Part shown: piece by piece, positions 62,985 through 64,000 of the stretch
Numbering within the stretch: position 1 is the first letter of the stretch
How the letters are laid out: every line of letters begins with the position of its first letter
The notes under the pieces: generated by a model
Seen by the model: the letters and a program-made list of their open reading frames with translations, nothing else
Told to the model about the DNA's origin: nothing
Databases searched by the model: none
Source of the DNA: an uncultured delta proteobacterium
Lineage (GTDB): Bacteria > Desulfobacterota > Binatia > UBA9968
Direction of reading: 5' to 3'
NCBI GenBank assembly: GCA_963816145.1
Contig: CAWFJP010000004.1
Location: 32,001-96,000, forward strand
Length of the DNA stretch: 64,000 nucleotides
Program-made: the position numbers and the translations under genes

Positions 62985-63746
62985 TCAGCGCGGCAGTTTC
63001 TCTAGTCTCAGGCGCCGCCGACGCCGCACCGTTGGCGCGGCATCGTGCCCCGAGAACCGCTTCAGCCGCTGCGCGATGACTTTGTAAACATCGGCGGAGA
63101 AACCAAATCCGAGGTGAGTCGATTTGACTTCGACATGTTCTATGTTGTGAGTGTGATGGTCGATACAGGCTTCCCAGGCCACCAACCCGTCCTTTTGCGA
63201 ATAAATCGCCACTACCGGAACCTCTAGGTTGGCGATACGATTACGCTGTTCGACCTCGGCAGCGATGGCTTCAATATCGATACCGCGCTTGCGATAGGAT
63301 TCCGCCGCTGCCGTGTATTTCGGGCCGCCGATGACCGGTGTACCCAGAGTAATCACCAGACGAACAAGCTCGGGACGCTCGCGCGCCAGCTCGCGCGCTA
63401 AGTAACCGCCGAAGCTCCAGCCAACGATGGCGACCTTTTGTTTGCTCCGTCGGGATAAATTCCCCAACCGTCGCAAAAGGCGCGGCAGCGAATCGCTGGC
63501 AGCGCGGTGATTTTTGCCCAGACCCCAACCCCGCGCACGATAGCCGAGTAAACGCAGATAGCCCTTGAGAATCATCGTCGAACCGTCGCCGGCGCCGTAG
63601 CCGGGAAAGACCAGAACCGGCTCGCCGTTGCCGCGCGGTTGGCGCGCCAGGGACGGAAACCTCAACAAAAGCCGCGGCAACTCGATCAAGCCGCGCGCTT
63701 CGCGCATTACATGGGCCGGTGAGGGCGCCTGCAGAGTTTCATTCAT
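62985..63746 (-). CDS. Alpha/beta hydrolase
   Basis: PVLVFPG, GWGLG.N, GWSFGG nucleophile elbow, ITLGTP, YS..DG.V, HLG. Confidence 0.88.
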   Translation of the reverse strand: MNETLQAPSPAHVMREARGLIELPRLLLRFPSLARQPRGNGEPVLVFPGYGAGDGSTMILKGYLRLLGYRARGWGLGKNHRAASDSLPRLLRRLGNLSRRSKQKVAIVGWSFGGYLARELARERPELVRLVITLGTPVIGGPKYTAAAESYRKRGIDIEAIAAEVEQRNRIANLEVPVVAIYSQKDGLVAWEACIDHHTHNIEHVEVKSTHLGFGFSADVYKVIAQRLKRFSGHDAAPTVRRRRRLRLEKLPR

Positions 63747-64000
63747 GATCCGAAGCCTAAGCCATGGATTACCAATGCTAGCCAACTTTGCGCAGCGGAA
63801 CAATGATAAAATGGCCAAACCGGAGAATTCCCCGCCATAAAGACCGATATTGGGACTTGGCGCGACGATCGACAATACGACATCAGTCTCAAAGATCCGC
63901 CAAACCTTCCGTCAAAGAGGGATAGATCAGACAGGGCGCGATTTCACCTTTCTTCCGTCTGGTGTCGGCGACAACCGAAGTCATGCCCATCTGAATAATG

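Overview
High-GC bacterial window, probably a diderm of Deltaproteobacteria-like (possibly Binatota) affinity; the taxonomy is inference only. It has four blocks. (1) 1-16150 is an accessory secretion/signalling cluster: class III nucleotide cyclase, TPR-CHAT protease, DUF928, a TpsB/TpsA (ShlB/FHA-like) pair, secreted and NHL proteins, two sigma54-type promoters and a deleted CHASE2-cyclase remnant. (2) 16253-36491 is core housekeeping: xerC-hslVU-argBDFGH-lipoprotein-lysA-dapFAB, a GT2/methyltransferase fusion, alpha2-type GlyRS and a heterodimeric ABC exporter. (3) 36575-41800 is an ECF sigma/anti-sigma/DUF3106/DUF1800/DUF1501 operon. (4) 42049-58440 is a zinc/metal acquisition region (ZrgABCD-like, MerC-like, OM beta-barrel, ZnuABC-like, ZIP, CDF), followed by small metabolic genes. 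The strongest signal is three paralogous 98-aa ORFs, each heading a metal-uptake unit. All three have a hydrophobic segment, HxH, CxC, exactly 44 residues of unrelated linker and RGPP. Each start codon sits 35-36 nt after a TTGAC -35 box (leaderless geometry), and SD-sequestering pairings follow. This looks like a metal (probably Zn)-sensing ribosome-arrest leader system related to, but distinct from, the CxxC/RAPP copper leaders CruR and CutF. About nine single-base frameshifts fall in the accessory blocks and may be assembly errors.
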